A DNA stretch of 64,000 nt. Source: Podarcis vaucheri. Lineage: Eukaryota. The DNA lies in the NCBI GenBank assembly GCA_965113315.1, contig OZ220367.1; one strand, given 5' to 3'. The position numbers were made by a program, and so were the translations under genes. Within the stretch, counting starts at the first letter, position 1. Each line of letters starts with the position of its first letter. The notes under the pieces were generated by a model, which worked only from the letters and a program-made list of their open reading frames with translations, made no database searches and had not been told where the DNA came from. Shown piece by piece: positions 12,901 through 27,900 of this stretch.

Positions 12901-15900
12901 CAACAGTATGATAAGCAAACACCATCCACCATTACTATGTATCAGAAGTATAGAGGGTTACGAAGCAATGCAAGGCCAAAGAAGCACAGGATACAATGGG
13001 AACGCAGTATGGGAGTTTTGATGGCAATCTTCCCTCCACCCTCTGCATGTTTTGGATCTGTAACTACTTCAAACCTAAATATTTCAAACGCAGAAGATAT
13101 AGATCCATTAACGGGCTGGTTGTCAAGATGGCACATTTTACAGCTTCATTAAGGTCTGATCCCACTACCTACCGATGAGGGCTGATGGTCGGATCCAAGA
13201 CAGCAAGCCTCCAGAGAACCACCATCTCATCGCACATGCTTGCACAAGCATGAGCAGCCACTTCTGACTGGCCGTTGCTACGGCCAGTGTGCCCACTTGC
13301 ACTGCTATGGGATGCAGATGTCCTTACACTGTACCACCAGCCGGTTATCTGTAGAGAGAGGATGCAGACATGTCAAGACACATAATTCCACACTTAACAG
13401 ACATCAAGGGAAGTACACATTTGCCTTACTAAAAAGTATCTGCCCTAAAAATAATACTGCACTGCTTTTCTGCAGGATGTTCACAGCTGGGTCAAGAAGT
13501 CTTGATACCTCAGTATCCCCCAAGGCTTACTACATTGTCATCACGCCCTTCCCCTCCCCAACGCACTGTGAATCAAATCACTTTTGTGGACTGTCCTCAG
13601 AATTCTTCACAAGTCATGGTATAAATGCCTTAAATAATATATATAATAGTACCTGTTCGTAGGTCAGGCACTGGTCTGTTAGAATTTCTAGCAGAGGGGC
13701 TGCATTGGTGTCCCGTCTCTTGAACATCTCCCGAACAATAGAAAGTAAGTTCCAGATGCCCTCCGGCTCCCTCCCCCTCAGAGGACGCAAGAGACAGGCC
13801 CATTCGGCGGCAGCTGGGGGCTCCGTGGACGAAAGGTACATAGAGTTCACATCACTGTGAAATTTGAGAAGATAGAGGTTAGGAGGAAAAGTCAAGGTAA
13901 CACACAGAAGCAGAATAGCTGTTGCTGTAACTCTAAAGGTGGAAAAGTTATTTTATAGCCTTCATCATCTCCAGCCTTCAGCCCAATAATAAGAGACCTA
14001 GCACTATTACTCCCATTTTTGCAAATGAACGACAGAGATGTACACTAGAGGCCAGTCATCACATCCACAGCTTATACAAGAACTCATATCTACCAGGTCC
14101 AACACTCTCAATTTTGCAGCACCCATATTACAAGTTACATCATTTCACAGTAAAAAAAATCCAACTAAAAATAAAATATTGTTTGACACAGCTGTGTTGA
14201 TGCTGATGAGTAAAAGGCAAACCTGAACAAGCTGGAGAAGGTTGTGTATTAGGCCAGTTACTTGAACTATGGCTGTAAATGGCTTTCTTGGGTGAAAAAT
14301 TTGCCTACGTTACACAAAGAATCTTATCCATCAAAGATAACTGAAACATATTAATCTGTCAATCCTGCGCTTTAGTCATCTGACCACAAATGCTATTAGG
14401 TCTCATATGTCTCCAGTAAATCCATCAGTATGTCCTAGAACAACAAAATACTCCAACATGGCTAGACATTGCTGGAAAGGATCGTTAAGAGATGGGTAAG
14501 CTGCAGTGCTGGTAAGACTATATATATATATATATAATTATCCCTTCATTTAAGGACTCCTGATACATTTCCAGAGGGTTTGCTAGAACTCCTTTTGGAA
14601 ACCATTGGAGTAAACTGAGTCCAATCTTTTATTTGACAAAAGATTGTGGTTTCAGTCCGCTGCATCAAAACACACAGAAGAGGAATTCACAGGTAAGCAA
14701 TTTCTCAGTTCTTCCTACTATACTTGTCACCATTCAGCAGTCCAGACACGAGGGCTTAATAGAACTGAGCCCCAATTGCACAAGGGAGCGATATTTGCTG
14801 TTTGAACACAAGGTTGGTGAAAGCACGGAAGCAGCCTTCAATCAATGGTGGCCACTTCAGATGCAAAAACACTGCTGTCAGAGTGTCTAGAGTGTCTCTG
14901 CTGTGTGAGACAAAACAGTATACCTTCTTCCTGTATGAAAGTCAAGGAAGTAACGGCTCCTCTGAGCAAGTGTGCTACAATTCCAACAGGTGGTGATTCG
15001 TCCAAGGCCTTTAGAAGTTGGCTTTGTTCTTTGGGGGTCATTTCATCTCTCCCCTAAACCCAGTAATTGACAAAGGAGGTACACCATTTCTTGAAGGATC
15101 AACTTCCCCGTATGTACCCACTTGAGTGCCTTGAGCTGTGGAACTGACACGTTTACAACTAGCACATAATGTTTGTTCTACTCATGAATTGACCCTTCTG
15201 TGTCACAGCACCAACCCTCTGGAACTCCCAGCATATTAGTATTAGGCAGGCACCTTCGCTATATTGTTTTTGATGCCTGCTAAAATCTTTTAGGTTTAGG
15301 CAAGCCCACCCAGACATTGAATTTTATTCTGTATTATTTAATGGTTGATTTAACCTATATTTTCATTTTAAAAAATATGTCTTACTTGTTTTTAAAGTTT
15401 GATCTTATCACTTTTTTATTATGTATATTTTACATTGTTTCATGTAAGCCATTTAGATATTTTCGTTACTTAAGCCATATATACATATTATTAAACAAAA
15501 ACAAGTAATTCTGTGCCAAAAGATTAAGGGCTTGTCCAACGTTTGGGCAACACCCCTTTTTCTCTCAAGATGTTTAAGGCGAAAGAGGTTTTTGCTCACA
15601 GTGGGAACTACAAGTGACTTTAAGGACACAGGAAGGGTGAAGCTACTTTCATGTAAAATGCAGAATCCCAAGTTACCTGTGAACGTAAGGGAACATGAAT
15701 AGTAAAGTACTGTAATGGTAACAAGGAATATAATATTGAGAAATGAAGAAGGGGGAATGACTCTCAAGGGTTCAGAAATTTGCTTGATGAACCACTGGAT
15801 GGCAGGATGCAAGGCCACTCTAAGAAACGTTTTACATGTGGAATGGGAGACACCTGTTGACTAACGATATGAGGGAGCTTAAAGCAGCCATCCAAGTACA

Positions 15901-18900
15901 TAAAGAATGTTAGATTTAACCCCTAAATTAAGCCAACCTTGGAGGAAAAACTAGAACAGCGGAGAATGGAGCTGCCAAGAGACCAAGCCCCTTGTCCTGG
16001 CAAAATAATGTCCAAGAACCCAAAGAGTGAAATCCCTCCTCGCTGTAAGTAGGGTGTCCAACTCTATATAGCTGAGTAATCCAAGTCTACTTACCCTTTC
16101 TCTCTGCCTAGAAATGAAGAGGAGTGGTTTTGAATAACCAAGGCCACCACTGACTGAGCAGGACACACAGGCTACTAGCCTGATAGGAGAGGGCATCTCA
16201 GTCACCGGGGGGGGGGGGGGAGGGCGCAAAGAGATTCTCAGCCCATTCCATCCAGATACTGGCAAGAACTCTCACAAGCAGGGGAAAGACAAAAACCCAT
16301 CAAGAACCTTTGCTTCATGAAAAGAAGTTTGATTTCTGTGTTGTGATGGGAATGCAAGAAGATCCCATAGGAGAGCAGTAAAATGTGAGGTCAAAGACAT
16401 GAGCATGAAGGCTCTATTCCTCTGGATCCAAGTTCTGCCTGCATATTATCCTTTCCTCTGAGGTGAAGGGCCCAGAATGAGACACAGTCCTCTGCACAAG
16501 ACAGGAGATGTGATTCACTTCTGTTTGTTCACGTACAACACGGTTGGCATGTTGTGTCTGTATGATGACATGGGCCCCTTGACGCTTGTGCTGAAAGTGG
16601 AGACAAGCCAGGAAGATTGCCGTTTGCTCATTAATGATGAAGCTGGCTTTATGAGCTACATCATTATCACGTGTGCCCAGACCATCAAGCTGGCATTAGC
16701 ATCACTTTTCTAGATGTGGATCTGACAGCAAAAGAAGCAGTAGTTCTGTAGCAACCAGGGATGGCTTAAAGACTGGAGACACTGGAATTGTATAACCACC
16801 TACAGTCATAACGAATCCTTGATGTGACTGCATGATAAAGCTGCAGTGGTCATGACATCAGATCCATTCAAGCTACTAGTGTAGCTTGAAAGATGAGCCA
16901 GTATGCCCATCACTTGAAGGGCTAACAAATGTTCTGGAAAACTGCAGCTTGCATAGTCTCTATAATTACACCCAGACTCTCCATAATGAAAGAAGGGAAG
17001 AGATAACTCCGTAGGGAGGCTGTTACTAATGCCACATACCTCTGGTTCTTTCTACATCCAGATACTGATAAGAATGTTGCTAAAATAAGGATGAGCGTCA
17101 GCTCCCCAAAGTCCAAGGTCTGCAGTGCTTTCCACTAGTAACTTGGTGAAGGTTCTTGTACAGAAAGCTATAGCAAGGTCAGTGTGAAGCACTGAAAAGG
17201 AGGTTTCCTATGAAGCAAAGCAAATAATCTGCTATGCAAAATTCACTGGGATGCGATCTTTTGAGGTTTATGCATGTCAGGAACTCACCTGGGGCCACTG
17301 TCATTAAAATGGAGGCCAGAGTATCCAGCGAAACCTGACTTTTCGGTTTCAGGGTGGCCTTTCCCTCTCCATTTTTTCTTGAGCACATGAACAAGGAGAG
17401 AGCAGACACTTTTGACTCTTTGTAGGTAGGGCACAAGTTCAATAAACCAAGCCTTCAGCAGCTTCTGGATGATCTCTCACACAAACCTTCACTTTGCCAT
17501 GGCTGTGGCACAGGAAAGACAAAAAAGATAGTTGTGATATCCCTGCCAGCACCAGCCAGGACTCGAGGTGAACCATCTCCTATACCCAACTGTCTGATGT
17601 AGCCAGATCCTACATGGGAACAAAATTTTGCACACAGCCCACTATCTGGGTATGGGAGGCCATCTGGACACTGAACTCATTGGAAATTTTAGTGAGTGTT
17701 GCAGGAGCATTTTCTGGATCCTTTTCAATTTTTCACTTGTACCCCCTGCTCAGTCACCTTCAAACTGATGTAAAGACAGACTTGGTAGTCAGTTATTCTC
17801 CCCACAGTAGGAACCAGAGCCACTGGTTGAAACTGTGGCTGCTGTGATCCTAGCTGCATATTGCAGCACATAAACAATGCCATCAAGCAGGGTAGGAGGT
17901 GCTGCTGTACAATTAACTACAAATTTCAATTACAATTAACTACATCTCCCTCTGGAATCAGACAGGAGTCACTGGTTACAGATGCTGTTGCCTCAAAATT
18001 AGGAAACATCTACTCCTTGGAATCTAATGAGAAAGGATGAATATATTCCAGTGCTTTGGTTGTGAGTGGTACCTTGTCCGTCCATGACCAATGTGTTGAC
18101 TGAACATCTTCAAAATAAAGGACCAAGAGCATTGTCTCCTGGGTCTTAGGAGCCATGCCATGAACTTGAATTCTATCAGGGATCTATCATAGGAATCTGA
18201 AGCTGGAGCATTTCCAGGACCTTAGTCTAGATCATCAGGAATGCAGAAGCAGAAAACAGACACCAAGGTGTTTCCTTTCCATCTCCAAAGATTCAGAGAG
18301 CAAACTTGACTCAATATATTGGTGATCAGCATTCAAACCAACTAATTGGTGCCTCCTGCATTAAACTCCTCAGTAGGTCTCAGCCATGTCTATTCCTACG
18401 TTCTTTCTGATGACTCAGGACAAAAAGACAAAAATCATGAATGCCCTGAACTACTCACTGGAGCTAGAAATAAGATTCTCTACCATCCCTCTGTTAAATG
18501 GACGTGAAAGCAGTTATTTCTAAAAGGCAAAGGCAAGCATCCATCTTGTGAAGCCTTGTATTACCCATAGGCTCCCTATGGTAAGATGAAGATGGGCAGG
18601 TGAACTGCAGTCCTTGGTATCCCAGAGGCAATTACATTAATGCCTAGAGAAATGAAGAGAATTCCCCAAACATTTGAAGCCATTTGCAGAGCAGTAGTAC
18701 ACATCTGGAATGATGAACTGTTTCAGCTGGAGTTCTGTTTTCCTGACTCACTGGGGAGTGCCACGAGCTGATCTCCATCTTCAACCAGGACCTGTGCTGG
18801 AATTGGGAGCTTCAACAAGGGCTCAAGGCTTTCTCTTGATGTGGTTTTGTCCAAGAGTATTCAGAGGATACCGTCTCCATTGTAACAGTATATAGGAGGA

Positions 18901-21900
18901 GGAAAGAAAACTGGAGATCAAATTGCAAGCCCCCTGAGGGTTCTCTTCTACAGTGTAATGCTGGGGCGGAATAAAAGGCAAGCAAAGCACTGATTGATCA
19001 CTTAGGAGCAAAGTTGCAAATAAGCCAGCTTCTTCACCATCCACCCACCCCCAAAAAAGATGGAGCCCTAGTGCAATGTAGAAGTAGCCACCAAACCAGT
19101 TTTAAGTAGAAACTTGAATGGCATGACACAAACTATTATTATTTATTATATTTATATGCTCCATAGATCTCAGGGCAGTTCACAACATAAAAATACTAGA
19201 TAAAAAACACAAAATACATAATGATAACAAGAACAAATCAATATCCCCCTCCCCACCCACATTTAAGAGAGTTTGGATGTTAATCAGCCAAAGGCCTGGT
19301 TGAAGAGGAACATTTTTGCCTGGCACCAAAGGAAGTATAGGGCAATCTATCCATCCATTTAGCGGAAGACATGTACAGAATGCAGTGGCTAAGGTACTGA
19401 TGGGAACTACTATCCAGGCAAATATTATGGTTGCACTGGTTGCGCATGTCCCGTGCAGATGACCACTGCACCTGAAGACCATCAGTCAGGTCGTGCATCT
19501 GCAGAAGTGACCAGAGGAGGAGCGCAGTAAGAAGAAACGCCATGGTACACTTGCATCAGCACAACTGGACGCTTTCATCTTCCCCAGCTGCAACAAAACT
19601 TGTCTCTCTTGTCTTGATCTCTAAAGCCACAGCAGGCACTGTAAATCTCCAACAGTTTGACTTCACCTCTGAAGGCAAATGCTTCCGCTGTCTCCTGAGA
19701 CAGATGCCAACAACACTGACATATAAAGCCCTAAGCAGCATGGGCCCAAATATCCAAAGGAGCACCTCCTCACATATAGACCTGCCCATGTGTTAGGATC
19801 TGGTGGCAATTCTGCAGCCCTGTGAAGTTCAAGGGTAAGAGGTTCATGAGAAGACCTTCTCTGTGGTGGTCCACAGGTTGTGCCCCTTCTTATGAGGAGG
19901 ATGAGTTCAGAGTATCACTTGTTCCACGGTGCTGCTGCTGGTTTTGCTTCCCAATATTGTCTATTTGATGGCTTAGTATTGTTATACAATATGTGGCCTG
20001 TTTGTTTTTTGTGGCCTGTTTGTTGTTTGTTTGGTGGCGGAGGATGAGTTCAGAGTATCACTTGTTCCACGGTGCTACTGCTGGTTTTGCTTGCCAATAT
20101 TGTCTATTTGATGGCTTAGTATTGTTATACAATATGTGGCCTGTTTGTTTTTTTAAGCTGCACATAACTCACCTTGAAACTGCATTGTGAAGGCTGGGCT
20201 GTACATGTGTATATATAAATAAATATATAGAGATATAGGGAGAAGATACTTGATATACAGCTTGCTATAAGGAGAAGAGTTCTGTCCTTTTTCTATGCAC
20301 TAAACTTTATTGTATGGAAGAGCGTTCAGACAAATATGCAGCCAGAAATGATGCATCAAATCTTGATGGAAAACAAAGCCCTAACCTAACCCACTTTGAC
20401 ATCAACTCCTTTGAAGGTGCACAATCGCTGCCAGTCAGGTGACAAATCACTTTTGAAGGAGTTCCTCTCAGCACTGATCAAATGATGGGAACTGTGAGCA
20501 GCCCCTTTGAAAGTGCACTTTCCGTGGGGAACTCCCATAACACAGCTGATTCCAGATCCACCTTTACCCTAGAATCACATATGATGTTGGGTATTGGGCA
20601 AATGGGTGTGGTTTGGGAGAAATGACCTTGCAGGGCTAATTTGGCTCAGAGGCCGGACGTTCTCCACCACTGCACTAGAAACTGGTCTCTGAAAAAAGTA
20701 GTCATTGTGTTCCATCAATAGCCGATGGTTTGCTGTCCTGACTAGACAAATTCTTGGTTAAACACACAGGGCAAAGTAATACAAATACTGACATTTATAA
20801 CTTAGAAGCAACCACAAAATATAGATTCAGACCACCTTCAGAGAAATCATAACCAAAAGGTGTGCCCGCACAATTTAAATTTGTTAAAGTGCACAATTGT
20901 TAATATGTTAAAGTATAGACTATTAGCCATTTATGGCTGTTGGCCAGACGCTTGACAAACCATCTATTTTCACTGCCTGACTCAGTCTGCAAAAATGGGA
21001 GGGGTGTGTGTGTCAAGCACCTGACAGGCTATGATAGAAGGCATGAGGTTGTGTTTGGCTTGGTGAACCACCACAAGTTGTGAAGGAAAAAGGAAAAAGA
21101 GAATTTACCTAAAGACAACAGGAGATGGACCACAAAATTTGTGAAGGGTTTTCTTTATGTTGTCGCTTAATGTAGATTCATCCAAGTACCAGGTGCTTTG
21201 ATCTGAGGCAGAGGGACCGGCAGTGGGATCTTAAGAAAAAAACATACATTTTTGCATGTGTTTCTGCAAGTGGTTTATCTTCCCCATTTACCCAGAGTGG
21301 CAGATGAAAGAGTACACCTGAGCTTCATTCCAAATATATTTATGAAAGCTCAAACAAAACTGTACTCTCATCCCAGTGGTACCACATGGTGGATTAAAAG
21401 CAACCCTAAGAAAATAATGTTTCATTTCTCACCACTCATAAGCCAACAGGTCAAAAGGATTCTCTGTTTATTCTTTCGACTGTGCTGCCCTCCCCCTTAC
21501 CAATCACAGAGCACAATGCCCTAGCATTTCAAAAACAAAGTTTGCCTATTTGAAAGCTATTATTTATATTAACATACAGAATTCTGGTAGAGTTACCTGG
21601 GGCTCCACATACAGTATTGATAGCAGTGGACTGAGAAGACAGCAACTCATCCAGCAAGCGCTGAGCAGTGGGAAGGATCTGTGTGTGAGAAAGACATTTA
21701 ACACTGACTCTCTCCCATGAGTTAGATCTTTTAAAAATTATCAAAAGGTGTGCTATCAAATCAATTTTCTCAGTAGTACTTCATCTATTTCCAAAACAAT
21801 GCATACAAACCAGTTCACCAAAACACTTAAATATATCAATCTGTAGCTAGAGAATTACCGTGATAAATGTGTTTTGCATAATTTATGTATTTTATATTTT

Positions 21901-24900
21901 TACTAATTTCAGAAAATATTTCATGGTATAGTACTTTATTAAATGCATAATGCTGCTTGTTATGTAAGTCAGAAGCAAAGGCTGATAATTACTGGATGAA
22001 ATAATTTATATTTCTAAGATGAAAAGAAGCTCCTTGTTTAGCTTGCATAAATATTCATAATTTAAGGAACAGTGCTTGGTTTTCAAACAAACTTCAACTG
22101 GTTCAGAACACAGTTGCTAGACTGAGATGTGGAGCAAGTACAATGGATCTTATCCTGGCAATACTCAAATAATTTTACAGACTACAAGCTTGCCTTTGGG
22201 CACAATTCAAATCTGCAGTTTTAATTGTTAAAGCTTAAACCCATTAGGGCTGGGGTATCTGAAGAACAGCATCATTCCATATGAACCAGTCTGATTTTTG
22301 CTCCCCCTAGTGAGGTCCAACTCTGCCCTTATCTTTTGAGGGTAGTGGTGGTGCTTCAACTATGGAATTCCCCTCTCCTTTATGTTCACCTTGCATCAAA
22401 TATGCTAACATTTAAGTATGTTTCCGTTTTCCTGGGCATTTAGCAGTGTATGCAGTTTTTAGGCACTCTGATTTCAAACTGGTGTTTATTTGAAGCTAGT
22501 TGTTTTTAAAGTAGGCGCATTCAGAGCTTCCCCCCCCCCCAGCCACAACGCATCAGAACGCAGTTCCGACACCTCTCCCAACACCACAGCTCTGGCTCAT
22601 GAAAAGACTCTCCCCAGAGCACAAAAAGGACATCCTCTATAGCAGTGGTGGCGAACCTGTGGCCTGGGTGCCAGAGGGGGCACTCAGAGCCCTCTCTGTG
22701 GCCACACGTGCCATCGCCCTTTGCAACTCCCCACAATCCTATGATTTAACGGCTAGCCCACTGGGCTGCACTTCTAAAGCCAGGCTGCAGGATGGAGCAA
22801 AATGTCACCGGGCTTACTGGCAGTTCTGCACAGAGGCGCTTTAAGACAGCGGAATGGAACTTTCACGTTTCAGGTGCAGCCCGTGGGCGGCAAACCAGCT
22901 ACACATGAATGCGCAGCTTTACTCGGCGCACGTGCTTCCCCTAAGCTGTGCTGAGGTGCCTTCTTTCCAGGCTGCGACCGATGGCAGCGGAGCACTGAAC
23001 CGCCGTGTGTCTCTGGGGTTCACACCGGGATTTCCTTTTTGCCTGCTTGGTCAGGCTGGGAAGCAATCTTTTGAGGGGAACTCTCTCCCATCGCCATGGG
23101 TAAGTGCAAGATCCTCCCTGCTAGGGGACACACAGCGGAGGGCAAAGGAGACTGTTTTGGGGTTTTTTCATAGGATTGTGGGGAGTTGGAAGGGAACCCG
23201 AGGGTCATCTAAGTCCAACCCCCCCTGCGATGGAGGGATCTCAGCTACAGCATCCATGGCAGATGGCCATTTGGCTTCTGCTTTGAAATCTCCCAAAGAA
23301 GAGTTTCTTCAAGGGAAATTATCAAAATGTCCATGTTGTCTGGGAGTAATTCCCTTTTTCATGATTTCCCAAACAAGGATATTGCAAACTTTTACCTTTC
23401 AATAAAAAGTTGTTTGTATCATTGAAAGCTCTGTTATTGTGTTTTTCTCATAAGACAAAATATGTTAATGTATGAGTTGTTGTTTTTTCTAAACTAAAAC
23501 CTCAGTATTCAGGATAAATTGCTGTGTTGGCACTTTGTGATAAATAAGTGGGTTTCGGGTTGCAGTTTGGACACTCAGTCTCTAAAAGGTTTGCCATCAC
23601 TGCTCTATGGGCTCTAGAGAGGGTCTTCTCATGAGCCAGAAGTGCACAGTGGGGCTTTAATGAGGCTCTTCAGCCTCCCAGGCTAACAGCTGTCCCACGG
23701 GAAGAAGCCTTCCTGTGCCTCAGCTCTGTAAGCCGCCCTGCCTCTCCTGTGCACGCAAGCAGAAGGGACAAGGCAGCTTGCAGAGCAGGTGTGCATGGAA
23801 GAAGCATCTGCTCTGCCCCTTCACAGAGCTGCCCTGTCCCTCTTGCTTGTGCGCCTTTTCTTTCCTGCATCATTTATTTCAGAAAAAAAGCACTAGCAGC
23901 ATTCCAAATACGCTATGATCCAGCACAATCCTATGTGTATTTACTCAGAATATAGGGCCCAATGTTCAATGAAGCCTACTCCTCATGAAAGAGTGCATAG
24001 GATTGCAACAGAAATGTTGGTTTAACTTTACAGTATTGTGTTTCTGCCAGCCAAACATTTCAATTCAGAAGCCCTGCTCTGGGTACCTCTCCTTTCAAAA
24101 GTGAGCTAAATGGCAGCTGGAGGTAAGGCTTTCTCAATGGAGGTGCCTCAGTTGTAGCATACTCTTCATAGGAACATAGCAGCTGCCAGCTTCTTTAACT
24201 GTGAGTCAGATGTAATACATTTTTTTTTTATTCTCCCATGCATTGGCTGGATCATTTATTTTTTGCCATCACACCCTACAGTTTTCATTCTTATTTTTAA
24301 CATCTTGTTTTATCAGACAGTAGCTATGTCTGGGTTTCTGTTGTTAGCTACCCTGAAAAGGTAGATACATTTTTTAAAAAAAACTTTTTGAAAGATAATT
24401 GCACACTACACTTGAACCCAGTCCTAGTTAGCACATGCCTTTCATGCTTCTATTTACTCAAAATCTGCATACCACATGTTCTGGTATAAACACACTAGCC
24501 AAAGGAAGCAGTTTTAAAAAAAATTGGGGAAAATGCTAGATGCACACAACTAACACAAGAAAAGACAGCAGGATTTTCTGCAAAAATGAGTAATAGCTCA
24601 ACGTGTACCACACAGAAAAATAAAACCCATTAGGAAGGGCCCTGGGACCAAGACCGTAAAGCTACTGCAACACACTCTATACACGGTTGCCTTTTAAGAG
24701 CATTCAGAAACTTCAGCTAATGCACAATGCAGCAGTCCACTTCCTGACTGATATGTGGTGGAGGGATCATGAGAGCAGTATTCTGAAAACTCCACTAGCT
24801 GCCAGTTAAATTCCAAGTTCAATTGGAAGTGCTATTATTGACTTCTGTATTAACTCTAGACCTCATCTCTTAAGGTTCACCTCCCCTGTATGAGCCTGCC

Positions 24901-27900
24901 CATTAAAAATCACCTGATCTTCGTATAGCTATTCATGCTATTCCTTCTGGCAGAATTTACAATAAGGCTCTTCCCTACCCACAAAAGGACCCCACAGTTG
25001 AAATCCAAATTATATAATTTGACTAGCTGCTCTTTTTACCACAGCTGTGCTTTACAAGCATCAAAGTGATAGGGAGTGGTAGGGAGTATGAGAGCTTGCC
25101 ATCACAGCAGACTACTCAGTGCATAAAAACAAATGTCTGGGGAATGGCTATGTCTGCACAGACACCTGTCTATGCAGAGGTAGCCACTAGAAGTGTAAGA
25201 ATCACACCACTGAGCTAGGCTGCTTTTGAGAAGGTCCTTGTTCCCAAATGCTGATCATGAAAGCCTACTGCCTTAACATGGATTGCATCTTAGCTTTGCA
25301 TATACTGTAAGCAAGGGGTGACACGGAAACAATATGGTGCAATTTGCTCCCTTCCACTAGGCAGATGACATTCAGTGTGGGCCAGGCCCCATGAAACAGG
25401 GTAGGATGCCCCATCACAAGAGGGCCCAATTCATGTATTATTTTTATCTATTTAATTTATATCCTGCCCTTCCTCCCAAAGGAGCCCAGGGCTGCAAACA
25501 TAATTGTGATAAAACAAAATATTCTAAAAACAATTTCGGTACAGATTCATGCAATTCTTCAAGCTTTTTAATAAGAGAGAAGTCAAGTCTTGGACTCAGC
25601 CTGCTTTGGCATTCATGCAGAGAATCCAGCAGATATTAGGACATGGATGATGGAAAGGGAAAAGCATGAGATGTTTATTCTCCATGCTATTGAAGAAGAA
25701 GAAGAAGAAGAAGAAGAAGAAGAGTTTGGATTTGATATCCCGCCTTTCACTCCCCTTCAGGAGTCTCAAAGCGGCTAACATTCTCCTTTCCCTTCCTCCC
25801 CCACAACAAACACTCTGTGAGGTGAGTGGGGCTAAGAGACTTCACAGAAGTGTGACTGGCCCAAGGTCACCCAGCAGCTGCATGTGGAGGAGCGGAGACA
25901 AGAACCCGGTTTCCCAGATTATGTGACTACCGCTCTTAACCACTACACCACACTGGCTACACCACACTGCATGAAGCACAGCCTTATGGCTGTACTATTT
26001 ACTTGCTGCTTTAATATGCTTCTGTTTTAAGTTGATAAACCACCAGGAATAGATGAAGGGAAGCATTAAAATGTTTTAAATATACAAGTACATAAATGGT
26101 ATTTCAATTTATTCATGCCGTTACTTTTATTTAATAAAGTAGTTTGCTCTCATGGCAATGCCCATTCTTGGAAAAGAAGACCAGCTTCTTGAGGAAAGAC
26201 GTTATCACAATACCATTTATGAACTAGATACAAAGAAAGGAAAAGCAGTATTGTAGTGAAAACAGCTATCTATGAACCCAAATACCACAGGTCAACCTGT
26301 ACAACAGTATCTAAAAACATCTCTTGTTTTCAAGGCTACTAAACACACAATTTAGGAAGCAAGGGCTAAATAAAAGTGATCCATTTGTATGATTTGAGTA
26401 CAACATGCTTTGGAGATCATACCTGCTGAGGAAGTTCACTGATGAGGTACTGTGCAAATTTCTGCAGCTGATCTCTCTGCAGTCGAGACAGGGATTCTGA
26501 GACAGGTGCTCGCAAGCACACTGCAGATGCCTAAGGTAGAAAAGGCAAAACACGGAGAGCCTTGCTTTTAAAGTCTTACTGCTAAACATCACCTCCCCAC
26601 CCCAAGTTAAATAAAGCTGCAAATAGAAGACATTTCAGAAACAATCTAGCAAGTTTATCAGAACAAAGTGAAGTATTTCAGAAGGATATCGCTTAGAATA
26701 AGAACAATACGTATTGCAGATTCTGTTCAAAATATACACATTTGCTTTATTAGGGAACTAGGCAACAATTAGAACTGCCAATGACCAAACAGTAACCTTT
26801 GTTTACTCCACCTTACATGGTTATATTCATTTCACTACAACTTATGGCCTATTGCTTTATCATACAGGCTCTCTAAACTACTCAGGAAAATTTAGTTCTG
26901 CATCAAAATACATTCATCATAAAGAGCCTATTTCATGCATACATTTCCTTCTGAATTTAACATCTCAATTCTCCCACCCTGTCTACAATAAGCAGCAGCA
27001 GCAATAACCAATTTCTGACATGGAGGGGACTCCAGACCTCTTCAAGGGGGGACAGAAAACTCACTGATTATTCTCAAGCTTCCACATCATTATGTTGACT
27101 ACCAACAGAATATGCTTGGAGGTGGACATTGGCAGTGCTTTTGCAGGGGGTTCATATACACTATTATCTCTCAAATTAAACTAAGTAAACTTATGGTTTG
27201 TCTATCGTCTACTTCATAAACTATGGCTAAGCAAACCATACATAATCATTGTTTCCTTTCAACCATCAACATTTAAATCCCGCATTTGATTCTAAGCATG
27301 TCAAGAACTCATCAGGGGGAGAGATTATGCTGAATTGTAGGACTAGATCCTCAATTTGTACAATGTACAGTATCTTGACCACATGTTGATAAATGTGCTT
27401 AAATATTTTTCTTTCCAGTGGGGGGTGGGGAATTGCCTCACTGAAAGAATTGGAATACATTTCATTCATTTATATTTGCAGAGTGCAAAACATACTGCTG
27501 GCATTGTACAAAAGCAGAATTGATTTGGTGGTGGTGGTGGTGGTTTTTAAGTACATCCATTTGATTTTTGCTTACAGAATTTTGATACACAGATTCAATT
27601 TTCCATTGGAGCAATTCAACACTATTAATGCATAGGGTTGCATTCAATGCTGTGTGAACTAGCATAACCACCTTCCTTACTACTGTCTATTGTAGACCAC
27701 TGGACACATCAAAGTCCATTTGCATATTCTGGTAATCAATTTTGAAGCATCCAGCCATTTAGGCAAACATGTAGCACTGATCCTTTCAGCTTGTACAGCC
27801 AGTTGTTTCTTACAATATATATGTTAAACACTACTTAGTACAGATTAGTGAACATGGGCTAATGTCCTCCCTTCAAGTATGTTCCAGTCAAAGCAGCTCC

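Noticed and set aside
22854-23405. 183-aa ORF inside the hAT element as a transposase
   Set aside because: No BED finger, DDE or hAT dimerisation motifs; it runs through a CR1 tail fragment.
25890-25958. tRNA gene-like A/B boxes here and in the Sauria SINE heads
   Set aside because: SINE heads continuous with SINE bodies and tails; no complete cloverleaf is evident.
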